Positions 1 to 10,029 are shown, counted from the stretch's first letter. The stretch is DNA of 64,000 nucleotides from Microcoleus sp. (GCA_042408215.1 JAYFMW010000010.1:111963-175962), one strand, 5' to 3'. The notes: a model not told the origin generated them from the sequence alone. Translations and numbers: made by a program.

Positions 1-17
1 AGGCGCGCACGGATTCT

Positions 18-195
18 GTTTCAATCCCTGATAGGGTTTTAGGTGTTTTCCGGCGCTAGCCCCATTACTCCCGGCGGGAGTCATCCGGTTTCAATCCCTG
101 ATAGGGTTTTAGGTGTTTTCCGGCTGCAAGTTGGCGCTCGGAATTCTGTAAACTCCGCGTTTCAATCCCTGATAGGGTTTTAGGTGTTTTCCGGC
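18..195 (-). CRISPR. CRISPR array, leader-proximal end; 3 identical 37-bp repeats, probably continuing beyond the window start
   Basis: GTTTCAATCCCTGATAGGGTTTTAGGTGTTTTCCGGC at 18-54, 88-124 and 159-195, with unique spacers of 33 bp (55-87) and 34 bp (125-158). The reverse complement ends in GGGATTGAAAC, typical of cyanobacterial repeats. Confidence 0.95.
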
Positions 196-450
196 CGCCG
201 GTGTTTGAAACCGTTGCTGTATTTGGTTTTCGAGGTTCGTTTGCGTCTGCATAAACTAAAAATACCATTTCAGCCTCCACCTGTCAATATCCTATTTTGA
301 CTTTTATCTTCAAACCCTTGTCAGACAAGGGCTTCAGCATTTGCGTCTGCCCTGTATTCCCGGAATCGGCATCAAACCCTTACAGCAATTGCATTACAGC
401 CCCAAAAATTAACCCCTCGATTTTTACACCTAGCAACAGACGCAATTTTA
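196..450 (-). promoter_or_regulatory. CRISPR leader
   Basis: AT-rich non-coding region next to the last repeat. It has a minus-strand TTGACA (282-287) and repeated AGACGCAA motifs (~241, ~341, inverted at ~438). Confidence 0.7.
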
Positions 451-557
451 CAAAAAAATCTAGTTCGATCGCGCCAGGCACCCCCAGACAGCAAAACCTC
501 ATATCAATAATTATAAGCTGTCAGGCAAAATAGATTTGAACCGTTAAACTTCAAACC

Positions 558-1619
558 ATGACCAAAACCTTAATTCCCGTGATTCTCGCCGGCGGTAAAG
601 GCGAACGCTTCTGGCCACTCAGTCGCAAACATCGCCCCAAACAGTTTTTGAGTCTCGATGGTAGCGGCAAAAGTTTGCTGCAAGTCACAGCCGATCGCCT
701 GTTAACATTAGGTGGCGGTTGGGACGATTTGTGGGTAGTGACATCCGAAATGTTGGCTGCGGGAGTGCGCGAACAGTTGCCGCTGCTACCTCCTGAGAAT
801 TTGCTGGCGGAACCGGAGGGCCGGGATACTGCGCCGGCGGTGGCTTGGAGTGCGATCGAAATTGCGAAACGTTACGGTGAGGATGCGGTTGTCGGGTTTT
901 TCCCGGCGGATCACTGGATTGGGGAACCGGAGGAGTTTGAGAAGACTTTGGCTGCGGCGGCCCAGTTGGCGATCGAGAAAAGTGCGATCGCCACTTTAGG
1001 AGTCAAACCGAGTTACGCTTCCACTGGCTACGGCTACATCGAACAAGGCGAGGAAATTGGCAGTTTTGGCGGTTTTCCGGCCTATCGCGTCGCCCGGTTT
1101 ACAGAAAAGCCCGATCGCGCCACGGCTGAGGATTTTGTAGCCAGCGGCAAATTTAGTTGGAACGGCGGAATATTCGTATTTCGAGTCGGAACAGTCTTGA
1201 CAGAATTGCGAAATTATGTACCGGAAATGATGGCAGCTTTGGAGGCAAAAGGCGCCCAGGCTTACTCGCAATTGCCGAAAATTAGCATCGATTACGCGCT
1301 GATGGAAAAGACGGAAAAAGCCTGTGTTTTGCCTGTAGGCTTTAGTTGGGACGATTTGGGTGATTGGAATGCGATCGCCCGTTTGCTGCAAGGAGACAAG
1401 CCGAATGTGGAATTAGCAAAACACATCGGAATTGATACGAAGGGCGCTATTTTTTATGCAGCGGATGAGAATGAAGTAATTGTCACCATTGGTTTAGAAG
1501 ATGTCGTAGTTGTCAGAGATGGAAATGTGACTTTGATTGTCAAAAAAGACAGGACGCAGGAGATTAAACAGGTAATCAAGGTGTTGGGAGAAGATGAGAA
1601 GTTGAAAGATTTGCTGTAA
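558..1619 (+). CDS. manC: mannose-1-phosphate guanylyltransferase
   Basis: PVILAGGKGERFWPLSR, EPEGRDTA, FTEKP and WDDLG motifs. Confidence 0.93.
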   Translation: MTKTLIPVILAGGKGERFWPLSRKHRPKQFLSLDGSGKSLLQVTADRLLTLGGGWDDLWVVTSEMLAAGVREQLPLLPPENLLAEPEGRDTAPAVAWSAIEIAKRYGEDAVVGFFPADHWIGEPEEFEKTLAAAAQLAIEKSAIATLGVKPSYASTGYGYIEQGEEIGSFGGFPAYRVARFTEKPDRATAEDFVASGKFSWNGGIFVFRVGTVLTELRNYVPEMMAALEAKGAQAYSQLPKISIDYALMEKTEKACVLPVGFSWDDLGDWNAIARLLQGDKPNVELAKHIGIDTKGAIFYAADENEVIVTIGLEDVVVVRDGNVTLIVKKDRTQEIKQVIKVLGEDEKLKDLL

Positions 1620-1671
1620 GCAACGGAGGACACGGCGATGCCGTTTCCCTACCCCAAAACGATCGCGAATT

Positions 1672-1775
1672 ATATCGTTTCCGGTTGCATCGGAATGGTT
1701 TAACCGCAGAGAACGCAGAGAACACAGAGGGAGATAAGAGAGATGAATAATTCCGATGAAGAGTGGATTTGATAT
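1672..1775. repeat. MITE-like element family A (~105 bp, ATATC..CCGGT termini, CTCTG(C/T)G internal repeats)
   Basis: Related copies at 2964-3068, 7923-8027 and 18331-18435; the same termini with a different core at 31159-31294. Confidence 0.75.
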
Positions 1776-1862
1776 TAATTGTAGGGAAACGGCACTGCGT
1801 GTCCTCATTTTGGGTAATATCTCGGTGGTTGAAAGTGCGCGGACTAAGCAATAAAGAGCAGA

Positions 1863-2945
1863 CTAAAGCTGAGTGCAACTTTTGGCCGCCGCCGCCTGTT
1901 GCCGCATCAGCTTAGCAGTGTTACAAGCAGGTTGGGAAACCGTTAAACTCGATGTCCCAGCCCCCTGAGCCAACAACTGAGATGGTGGCTTTAAACTGAT
2001 ATTTTTAGGCTGTTTCTCTGCCATTTTAGTCGAAAACTGCGGTGCTGATTGCAAAAACTTTTCGATGGGAATTCCCCAACTCGATCGCACCATTAACTCC
2101 CGCATTGGTTCACAAGGTTTCGAGCCATCCTGAAACACATAAGGATCTCCCCAAAGCGGATAAGCGTGCATTCCATTGACAGCTACCACCTCACCGGCCA
2201 AATTCAGCACCGGGCCACCGCTCATCCCTTTTTCAATCTGATTGTCATAACCCAGTTGATAGCCATCTTCGAGGGATTTTTCAGGTATGAGCGATACTCG
2301 TCCGTGAGTAAATTTCCATCCTGCTGAATCTGATTTGTTAGCCTCAAAAGGAAACCCGGCAGCATATACTTTGTCCCCTTCTTTAAGCGCTGAAGAACTT
2401 CCCAATATACCTATTTTATAGTCGGATTTGGTACTGCTAAACTGCAAAAGTGCTAAATCTTTACCCGCAAATTGAGTTGGCAAAAATCGGGTAGCAGAGT
2501 GAATTTTACCGTCTGGAGTTTGGATGCGATAGGTTTCTCCTGACTGCAATACGTGGTCGTTTGTAATCGCAGTATAAACTTGTTCTTCCCGCTGAATGAT
2601 AATCCCCGATCCCCAATTATCTCCCGAAAACACTTTCACAGTAATGGAACGAGCTTTCTGAAACATCGCTGTTTTGGCTAAATCTTCCGCCCTCTGGGGA
2701 AGCGGTTGTTTCTGGTTCTCCCCTGACAATGGTTTTAGGGGTTTCGCGGGCAAATTCAGCGGTTGAGTCGCTGGCGACTTCATAGGTGGCTTGCTGAGTT
2801 GAAATGTCGATCCTTGAGGTTGCTGTGGTAACTCTGTGCGGACAATTTCTGCGGCAGAGAAACCTCGACTGTGTACTTGAACTGCTAGGACCGTCAACAC
2901 ACCAGCAGTACAACTAAAAAATACTAGGGAAACCCAATTCATCAA
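1863..2945 (-). CDS. trypsin-like (S1) serine protease without PDZ domain
   Basis: Hydrophobic N-terminus; catalytic triad motifs TNDHV, KDLAL, GMSGGP. Confidence 0.88.
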   Translation of the reverse strand: MMNWVSLVFFSCTAGVLTVLAVQVHSRGFSAAEIVRTELPQQPQGSTFQLSKPPMKSPATQPLNLPAKPLKPLSGENQKQPLPQRAEDLAKTAMFQKARSITVKVFSGDNWGSGIIIQREEQVYTAITNDHVLQSGETYRIQTPDGKIHSATRFLPTQFAGKDLALLQFSSTKSDYKIGILGSSSALKEGDKVYAAGFPFEANKSDSAGWKFTHGRVSLIPEKSLEDGYQLGYDNQIEKGMSGGPVLNLAGEVVAVNGMHAYPLWGDPYVFQDGSKPCEPMRELMVRSSWGIPIEKFLQSAPQFSTKMAEKQPKNISLKPPSQLLAQGAGTSSLTVSQPACNTAKLMRQQAAAAKSCTQL

Positions 2946-3069
2946 AGTTACATAATTTAGGTAATATCAAATCCGGTAGCATCAGAATTATTCAGATCTC
3001 TATTCTCTCCCTCTGTGTCCTCTGTGTTCTCTGCGGTTAAATCATTCCGATACAACGGTCAACGATCTA

Positions 3070-3224
3070 ATACCAATTTAATAGGTCGTTGCACATATTC
3101 CAATCCCCCTAAATCCCCCTGAATAAGGGGAGTAGGGGTTGACTTTGAGAAGAATCTTGTCCCCCCCTTATTAAGGGGGGTTAGGGGGGATGAAATTCTA
3201 TGGAGCCTCACAAAAAATTGGTAT
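3070..3224. repeat. MITE-like element with ATACCAATTT termini and C/G-rich hairpin core
   Basis: Inverted homolog at 62259-62413. The same CCCCCTAAATCCCCC..GGGGGG(C/T)TAGGGGGGAT core occurs at 6722-6802, 9834-9935 and 13476-13575. Confidence 0.75.
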
Positions 3225-3229
3225 GAGTC

Positions 3230-3790
3230 TTACCAAACAGGAGTATCAGACTGCGAATTCGGCTGACTTTCTACAGCAGCCTGTTCGAGATATTCGCTCA
3301 TATCTATATAAACACGAGACGTGCTTTCATTGAGCGGCCCAGAAGCGCGGACGCGCACCGCCAGTAGACTGTTTAATACTTGAGTTGGATCGCTACCTCC
3401 TTTGAGAGTGAATAGCAATCCAATGCAATTACCTCCTTCGCGATCGGCAACACAAACTACTTGCTGGTTGTTCATCATACCAGTAGTCAGGTAGTTCAGT
3501 TTTTGATTTCGGAAGTATTGCTGAAATCTTGCAGATACTTCAATACAGCGCCGTTCTGGACTGTAGCCCGCATCGCGGAAACGATCGGAAGTCCACCGAA
3601 TCACAGGTACGTCACCCCGATTAGTCCGAGCAATGGTGGTGGGAGCGCCGTTGCTCGTACCGCAGACAAATGCTCTGGTTTGAAGGGTGGTTTGAGCGCT
3701 AGCATAAGTCCCGATCGCACTTACAGCAAATGCGATCGATCCAGCGGCAAAAATCGATCTCAATAGCTTGTGTTTTTCAATCATTATCAC
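3230..3790 (-). CDS. COP23 domain-containing secreted protein
   Basis: Signal peptide, then FVCG..PTTIART.RG.VPVIRW.S..F..GY.PERRC.EVS.RFQ..YLTTG..N.Q.VVC..C..LLFTL pattern. Confidence 0.85.
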   Translation of the reverse strand: MIMIEKHKLLRSIFAAGSIAFAVSAIGTYASAQTTLQTRAFVCGTSNGAPTTIARTNRGDVPVIRWTSDRFRDAGYSPERRCIEVSARFQQYFRNQKLNYLTTGMMNNQQVVCVADREGGNCIGLLFTLKGGSDPTQVLNSLLAVRVRASGPLNESTSRVYIDMSEYLEQAAVESQPNSQSDTPVW

Positions 3791-3993
3791 AACTCCTTGT
3801 GTTCAAAATTAACAGTTATAGGACGGCAAAAAAAAACCGGTTTCTCGGAAAAAACGTCGATATATGCGAGAGATACGAAGGCAGAAACCGGGTTTTTGAC
3901 CGTGGGTTCAGGACTGAGTTAAAAACTTAAAGGTAGAAACAATAATTTTTTTGAATTCTACCTTCTAAATCTCTAGTTTTCTGCATTCAAAAG

Positions 3994-5829
3994 CTACCAT
4001 TCCTTTTCGGAAACAGGCGGGTTATTGATGAGAGACTCAGGAGTTCCTGACTGCATATTTCTCGCATCCACCGGCGAAGTACCCGGACGGCAAATCGGCT
4101 TACCCTGCACGTATAGTGGATCTGGCGGGCGGATGTTGCTGGCTTCATCGGTTTCGCAGACGATCGATACTGTGACAGGATTGTTATTATTAGCAGTTTC
4201 CGTCAAAAACACCGCTCCCACATAGGCTTTCTGGTTGGGGTTCAGAGGAATAGCATAGTGAAATGCTCCCCTAGTAGTGGTGTGAATCGCAAAGTTGAAC
4301 TTCGCCATCGGAAGTTGAATGTTAAAAGAGCGTTGCAGCAAACTGATAGTACCGGTAAATGCACCATTGCGCGTGCGGAAGGTTTGCTGGGCGCGAATTA
4401 AGGCTTGAAGTGCTGATTCCGCTCCTGGCGATGTAGCCTGTCGCACCGCTTGAGGTGCTGGCTGACTGCGCGGCTCTGGTTTTGGCGCTGGTGTGGGCCT
4501 TGGTTGCTTTGCTTCTAGGGAGTTATTGGGTGCTGGACTTGTTTGAGCAATAGTCGGGGCTGGCCGCTGTGGCTCCACTCTATCAACTGGGTTTCTCGGT
4601 AAAGATATTCCCAGTCCGCCGTTGAGCGCCTGTTGGAAGCCGTCTTCATTCCCCGATGCTCCATCCAGGGATGCTGCTTTTTGAGCGTCCTCATTGGCTC
4701 CTTCGCTGTCCCCGACTATGCGGCGCACTTCGCTGCGACGGTTGTACCCAACGCTGCTGTTGGGAGCTAGGCGGATGGCTTGGGCTATGTCGGTGTTGGC
4801 TCCTATGTAGTCTTTGATTTGAGCTCGGCTGACGCCCCGCAGGCCGTAGGCATCTGCAAAGGTAGAATTGATTTGGATAGCTCGATCGAAATCGGCGATC
4901 GCTTCTTTATGATTTCCCAATTGAGCGTTGCTAGCACCACGAACGCGGTGAGCTTCGGCTAATTGGGGATTGTTTTGGATAGCTTTGATGGCATTTTCTA
5001 GAGCTGCTCTATAATTTTTTTGAGCGAAATTGGCGTAAGCTAAACCGTTGAAAACATCGGCGGAGTTTTGATTGAATCGCAGTCCTTGGCTGAAGTCTGC
5101 GATCGCCCCTTGATAATTTTGCCGTTTGAGTTTTTCTTTGCCTTGTTCGGCGTAAGCTTTAGGAGCGAGTTCGACAAAGGTGTTGATAGGAATTCCCAAG
5201 TTCACCCACGCTTTCGTGATTGTATCTTCTGTACTCCCCTCTGTACGTCCGTGAATGCCAATCACACGGCCACGAATATCGAGAATTGGCCCTCCGCTCA
5301 TTCCCTGACGAGTTGGGTTTGTATAGATTAATTCATAGCCGTCATTTACCCGTTCGCGAGCTGAAATTTGTCCTGCTGTCATCTGACGGATCTGTCTTGT
5401 AATAGTTTCCCCTGGCTTTGGCCAGCCGGAAACGTAGATTTGTTCTCCTACGGTAGCTGTTTTAGAATCTCCCAATTGTGCTATCTCGTAAATGCGGTCG
5501 CTGACAAAGGGCACGATCGCCAAATCGACTCCCGGTAATTGGATAATGTTATTGCTGTCCACTCGGTAGGAAGTGCGATCGGGCGCGACAATCTTTGATT
5601 CACCCCCACCCACCATTACGTGTTTCGCAGTCAGCACATAATAGGTACTTCCTTCCCTAGCAATAATTATCCCTGAACCCTGATTTTTTCCTTCGATTAA
5701 TACTGTAATTTGCTCAGCAATTTTATTGACTTGTTCTGCTGTTTGTGCTACAGCATTTTGACTTTGTACGATCGCAATTGTTGCACCGATCAGGGCTGCT
5801 GAAAGTCCGTATTTAAACCTAATTGTCAT
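3994..5829 (-). CDS. trypsin-like protease + TPR repeats + C-terminal type IV pilin-like (G/H) domain
   Basis: TAKHV/VDLAI/GMSGGP triad; about 5 TPR motifs; Pro-rich linker; ALIRAQQTF...AYVGAVF...SIVCE...C tail. Start moved to ATG 5829 (GGAG upstream) because the longer ORF runs into a REP. Confidence 0.8.
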   Translation of the reverse strand: MTIRFKYGLSAALIGATIAIVQSQNAVAQTAEQVNKIAEQITVLIEGKNQGSGIIIAREGSTYYVLTAKHVMVGGGESKIVAPDRTSYRVDSNNIIQLPGVDLAIVPFVSDRIYEIAQLGDSKTATVGEQIYVSGWPKPGETITRQIRQMTAGQISARERVNDGYELIYTNPTRQGMSGGPILDIRGRVIGIHGRTEGSTEDTITKAWVNLGIPINTFVELAPKAYAEQGKEKLKRQNYQGAIADFSQGLRFNQNSADVFNGLAYANFAQKNYRAALENAIKAIQNNPQLAEAHRVRGASNAQLGNHKEAIADFDRAIQINSTFADAYGLRGVSRAQIKDYIGANTDIAQAIRLAPNSSVGYNRRSEVRRIVGDSEGANEDAQKAASLDGASGNEDGFQQALNGGLGISLPRNPVDRVEPQRPAPTIAQTSPAPNNSLEAKQPRPTPAPKPEPRSQPAPQAVRQATSPGAESALQALIRAQQTFRTRNGAFTGTISLLQRSFNIQLPMAKFNFAIHTTTRGAFHYAIPLNPNQKAYVGAVFLTETANNNNPVTVSIVCETDEASNIRPPDPLYVQGKPICRPGTSPVDARNMQSGTPESLINNPPVSEKEW

Positions 5830-5985
5830 ATGATTCTCCATGCCTAATCTGAAGGAATATTTTTTGTGCTTGAGCGACTTATAGCATTTCTCAGAGTCTG
5901 GTAGGGACACGGCTCTTGGAGTGTCCCTACAGCCGTCTGCTGTATTTCATCCGATTGAAAACCGCTATATTTATCCAGATAATTT

Positions 5986-6552
5986 TCACCACAAAGGACG
6001 CTCAGGCTCAGGTTCGCCTTTGATGCTGCTGGGAGATGCGGGAGTCGCGAAAATATTTCGATCGCCTGGAACTGCGACTGTTGGGGGAAACCCGTTTAGC
6101 CAATGAATATAAACAGGAAATATTGGCACTTTTTCATGGGATTGTGAGAGTTGAATGTCCGAACCCCAAAGAGGTGGCAATTGCTCATACAAATCACTTC
6201 CTAATTCAGGATTTAGCACCTTTTCCGCAGAGAAACTACCACCTTGAATGATGGTGCAAAAAGCTCTTGGCTGGCTGCTATCAGTAGGTTGAACGCAATC
6301 TTTCTGCAATTTCTCTGCCATGTTTTCGCATTGCGAACGAGAATTAATTCCTAAAACTTGGAAATCCTCGGACACCCACCTAATTACTGGTATATTGCCC
6401 TGGGCTGTTTGAGCTATGATTGCTGGCTCCTCATTAATTGTACCGCAAAAAAAACTTAATTCTTGAGCGTAGCTGACACTACTCAAACTAATTGTGATTC
6501 CCAAAGTAAATGCTAATGTTGTGGGAATTGAATTTAATACTTTAAGTTTCAC
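5986..6552 (-). CDS. divergent COP23-like secreted protein
   Basis: Signal peptide; FFCG...PAIIAQT.QG.IPVIRWVS..F...C N-terminal half matches the neighbouring COP23 proteins. Confidence 0.7.
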   Translation of the reverse strand: MKLKVLNSIPTTLAFTLGITISLSSVSYAQELSFFCGTINEEPAIIAQTAQGNIPVIRWVSEDFQVLGINSRSQCENMAEKLQKDCVQPTDSSQPRAFCTIIQGGSFSAEKVLNPELGSDLYEQLPPLWGSDIQLSQSHEKVPIFPVYIHWLNGFPPTVAVPGDRNIFATPASPSSIKGEPEPERPLW

Positions 6553-6663
6553 AAATCACCTCCTTTGCCCTAAACAACTCTCTCATATTTCAGGATATTT
6601 GAGAAATACAGCAGATGGCAGGTTTATAGGTACTATTAATATCCCCGTAGGGCAGGGCACTGC

Positions 6664-6864
6664 CCATTGGTGTCAACTTAAGCCTGAAAGCCCTGAGAAA
6701 TCTGGTTTTTACCTGAGTCTAGATCCCCCTAAATCCCCCTTAAGAAGGGGGACTTTGAGAAGACTCTTGTCCCCCCCTTGGGAAGGGGGGCTAGGGGGGA
6801 TCTAGATTTAATAGTCAAACAACAGTCTCTGACTGGGTTTGACCTTAAGTTGACACCTATGGGC
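6664..6864. mobile_element. MITE-like element with CCCATTGGTG(T/A)CAACTTAAG terminal inverted repeats
   Basis: 20-bp near-perfect TIRs; second copy at ~9774-9996. Confidence 0.75.
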
Positions 6865-6925
6865 ACTGCCGTGTCCCTACCATATTTCATCCGATGAAAA
6901 ACTGCCATACCACCCAAAACTCATC

Positions 6926-7540
6926 TTAAAAAAGTGGGTTGCTAGCATCAGATTCCACAGGCTGCGGGGATGCAGATTCTGCGGGTTGGGTTTGGAGATA
7001 TTCGCCCATGTCGATGTAAAGTCGATCGTTCATTTCGACATAAACTCGGCGAGAAGGCGCGTTTTCGTTGAGTGAATTTGCGCTAGCTCGCTCGCGCAAA
7101 TTCACCAGTCGTTTTAATGTATCTCGCGCATCGCTGCCCGGTTTAATTGTAAATAACAAGCCGTTGTTTGGCAAGTCGCTGGCACAGTCGCCGCCCTTGG
7201 TCTGGGAAACGCAAACTACAGGTTGTCGGTTGATAACTCCTGTTGTCAGGTATTTGAGCATTCCGGCTTTGTGATACTGTTGAAATCTGCCAGATACCAG
7301 TTCGCATCGGCGCTCAGCATCGAATCCAGACTCTGAGAAACTATTAGAAACCCACTTAATTACTGTGACATTGCCGCCTTCTGGTCTTTGCAAAATAGTT
7401 GCTGGCTGACCTCCACTTTGGCCACAGATAAAAGAGCTTGCGGTTTGGGCGGGAGTCGGACTGCTAGGGACAATAGTTGTAGCAAGTGCGATCGCACTTC
7501 CAGTAATTAGCGATATCAGTGACTGAAGTTTCATTGGCAA
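6926..7540 (-). CDS. COP23 domain-containing secreted protein
   Basis: Same conserved Cys/Trp pattern as 3230-3790. Confidence 0.85.
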   Translation of the reverse strand: MPMKLQSLISLITGSAIALATTIVPSSPTPAQTASSFICGQSGGQPATILQRPEGGNVTVIKWVSNSFSESGFDAERRCELVSGRFQQYHKAGMLKYLTTGVINRQPVVCVSQTKGGDCASDLPNNGLLFTIKPGSDARDTLKRLVNLRERASANSLNENAPSRRVYVEMNDRLYIDMGEYLQTQPAESASPQPVESDASNPLF

Positions 7541-8042
7541 TTTTATTCCTGATTTATTTGATGGATTTGTTGGATAGAAATGATTGCTGATTCTGATTAG
7601 GTGGATATTAACTCAAGGTGACAAGTCGCAATGGGTTTGAGAATGGATAACTGACTCGCAGCCAACATCCTGATTCAACCTGCTATCCCTGTCCGCTGAC
7701 TATTTTTTTATATCTACCTGTTGAGTGTAATTATAAACCAAAACTTCAAAAGAAAACTTAAAGATTTAGAAAAGAACAGAACGAACTAAAGTATGATAAT
7801 TCTTGAACGTAACATCTTGTACCACCGTCAAAAACCTGTAGGGGCGGGCGATGCCCTGAGCGTAGCCGAAGGGTTCACCAATAGCCAAGGGGGGTGCAAA
7901 CAGGTTAAATAAACCCGCCCTCATATCAAATCAGTTGGTATCGAAATTATTCATCTCTCTCTTCTCTTACTCTGTGCCCTCTGTGGTCTCTGCGGTTTAA
8001 TCATTCCGAAACAACCGTACTTGATATTACCTAGATTCGAGA

Positions 8043-9734
8043 TTAGAACAGGGGTTCCAGTTTAGGAGTTGGGGCATTGGGGAGAGAGGGCGAGGGTTGT
8101 GGCGTTGCTGCCGGCTCGCTACTATCAGATGGGGGTCTAAAAAGGTCGTCAGGAGCTGGTGTTGGTTGGGGGCTGGGGGCTTGGCGGATGGAAATTTCAA
8201 TGTCTTGAATTTGACGATCGCACTCTGCTAAACGAGCTTTCACTTGGTCAGCAACGAAGGAATCGGGAGCAATTGCTTTGAGTTTGTCTGCTGCTTGAGT
8301 CCACGCAGCTTTCTGTTTTGATAATTCGGTTTCTTTTCGCGCATTGGCTGCGATCGCCAGAGCTTCTTCTAATTGCTTCTGAGCTTGTTGTTCTCTGGTC
8401 AAATGCGCTTCCATCGCCGTCAACTCGCTTTGATAGGAAGGTAACAGCTTTTGGGCGTCGGGGTAGACTTTGGCCGTTGGCGGAATACTTGATAGTTGGT
8501 CGATCGCGTTTTTCAGGCGATCGCGAGCCGTCTGCAACTCTTGGTCTGTTTGAGCATTTTGCCCTAAAACACGGGCGTCAGCAGCCTGTTTGACCGCGCT
8601 GTTGTAACTTTCGTTAAAGGGTTTATCCGCAGCACAGTTGTTCAGAATCCCGCATAAAAAACCGATGCGAGGCGACTCCAGACTAACAATCCCACCTACT
8701 AGCAGCAGAGTTGGTAGGACAATCAGGGCGATCGTTTTCCATCGAGATGTACGATCGGGGATTGGAAGCTGTGGATTTCGATGATAATTTACAGGCTGGT
8801 ATGGATTGACGGGATTTTGACTCTCAGTAGAAAGTTGAGTCGGAGGTAGTCCAGGATCGGAACTCACTTCAGTTTTTGATGAACTCATAATAGTTTTTCT
8901 TTGTGTTTGGCTATTATCGAGAGCATTTAATACTTCTCTCGCTGACTGATAGCGATCGCTCGGTTTTTTCTCCAACATCCTATCAAGTATCCCAGCCACT
9001 GTGTCGCTGACATTCGCGTGCGATCGCCACTCCCACTCCGCATCATAATTAATCAAACTATTTGGTTCTTTACCAGTTAACAAGACGATCGCCGTCACAG
9101 CCAAAGCATACAAATCGCTATTCGGGTAACACTCGCCACCCCGCAACTGTTCCGATGGACAATAAGCTGCTTTTCCCACCTGGGTAGGTTGGTGAGAATT
9201 AGCAACACCACCGCCAGTTGCGAGCTGTGTTTCCGCATATTTAACCACCCCGAAATCAATCAGCACCGGTTTTGGTTTACCATTTGGCAGCATGATATTA
9301 TCCGGCGAAATATCTCGGTGAATAATCCCTTTTCCGTGAATATATTGGAGGACTTCCAGAAGTTCCCGTAGCCATTCAACGATATCTTTTTCAGAAAATG
9401 TTTGACCTTTCCGTAAATCTCCGTAAGTTTGACCGTTGACAAATTCCTGAACAATAAACAAGCGGCTATTTTCCTCAAACCAATCCATAAACTCTGGGAT
9501 TTGGCGGTGATTTAGCTTGGATAAAATCTTGGCTTCTCGCTCAAATAATTCCCTAGCTTTTCGCAATTCCTCTGGATTAGTATTTCTAGGAGCAAACTCC
9601 TTGAGAACGCAGTTATTTCCTTGTTGATTATCTAACGCTAAATAAGTGCGACCAAATCCACCTTGACCCAGAATGTGGTCAATTAGGTAGCGGTTTTTAA
9701 TCAAAGTTCCAGCCGATAGTTCTGGTAATATCAC
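8043..9734 (-). CDS. membrane Ser/Thr protein kinase
   Basis: GQGGFG, VLKE, HRDISPDN, DFG; a single TM segment (IALIVLPTLLLVGGIV); helical C-terminal domain. Confidence 0.93.
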   Translation of the reverse strand: MILPELSAGTLIKNRYLIDHILGQGGFGRTYLALDNQQGNNCVLKEFAPRNTNPEELRKARELFEREAKILSKLNHRQIPEFMDWFEENSRLFIVQEFVNGQTYGDLRKGQTFSEKDIVEWLRELLEVLQYIHGKGIIHRDISPDNIMLPNGKPKPVLIDFGVVKYAETQLATGGGVANSHQPTQVGKAAYCPSEQLRGGECYPNSDLYALAVTAIVLLTGKEPNSLINYDAEWEWRSHANVSDTVAGILDRMLEKKPSDRYQSAREVLNALDNSQTQRKTIMSSSKTEVSSDPGLPPTQLSTESQNPVNPYQPVNYHRNPQLPIPDRTSRWKTIALIVLPTLLLVGGIVSLESPRIGFLCGILNNCAADKPFNESYNSAVKQAADARVLGQNAQTDQELQTARDRLKNAIDQLSSIPPTAKVYPDAQKLLPSYQSELTAMEAHLTREQQAQKQLEEALAIAANARKETELSKQKAAWTQAADKLKAIAPDSFVADQVKARLAECDRQIQDIEISIRQAPSPQPTPAPDDLFRPPSDSSEPAATPQPSPSLPNAPTPKLEPLF

Positions 9735-9773
9735 TCTCTTGATTAACCTCTTGTAACTGGTTCCTAGGCTGTG

Positions 9774-9996
9774 CCCATTGGTGACAACTTAAGACTAAAA
9801 CCCTTGATAAATCTCGTTTATATGCCGAGCCTAGATCCCCCTAAATCCCCCTTAAGAAGGGAGTAGGGTGTGAGTAGGGGGTGAGGAAAGAGAAGACTCC
9901 GGTTCCCCCCTTCTTAAGGGGGGCTAGGGGGGATCTAAGTTTAATAGTTAAGCAGCAGTCTGTGGATGGGTTTGAACTTAAGTTGTCACCAATGAG
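9774..9996. mobile_element. MITE-like element, second copy of the 6664-6864 family
   Basis: CCCATTGGTGACAACTTAAG...CTTAAGTTGTCACCAATGAG termini and the same core. Confidence 0.75.
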
Positions 9997-10029
9997 CACA
10001 GCCTAGGAACGAGTAGACTACAAAAACCT

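Noticed and set aside
65..533. ORFs 65-280 and 297-533
   Set aside because: They overlap the CRISPR repeats and leader; spurious.
5830..5910. N-terminal extension of the protease-TPR ORF
   Set aside because: It starts inside a REP palindrome; the signal peptide begins at 5829.
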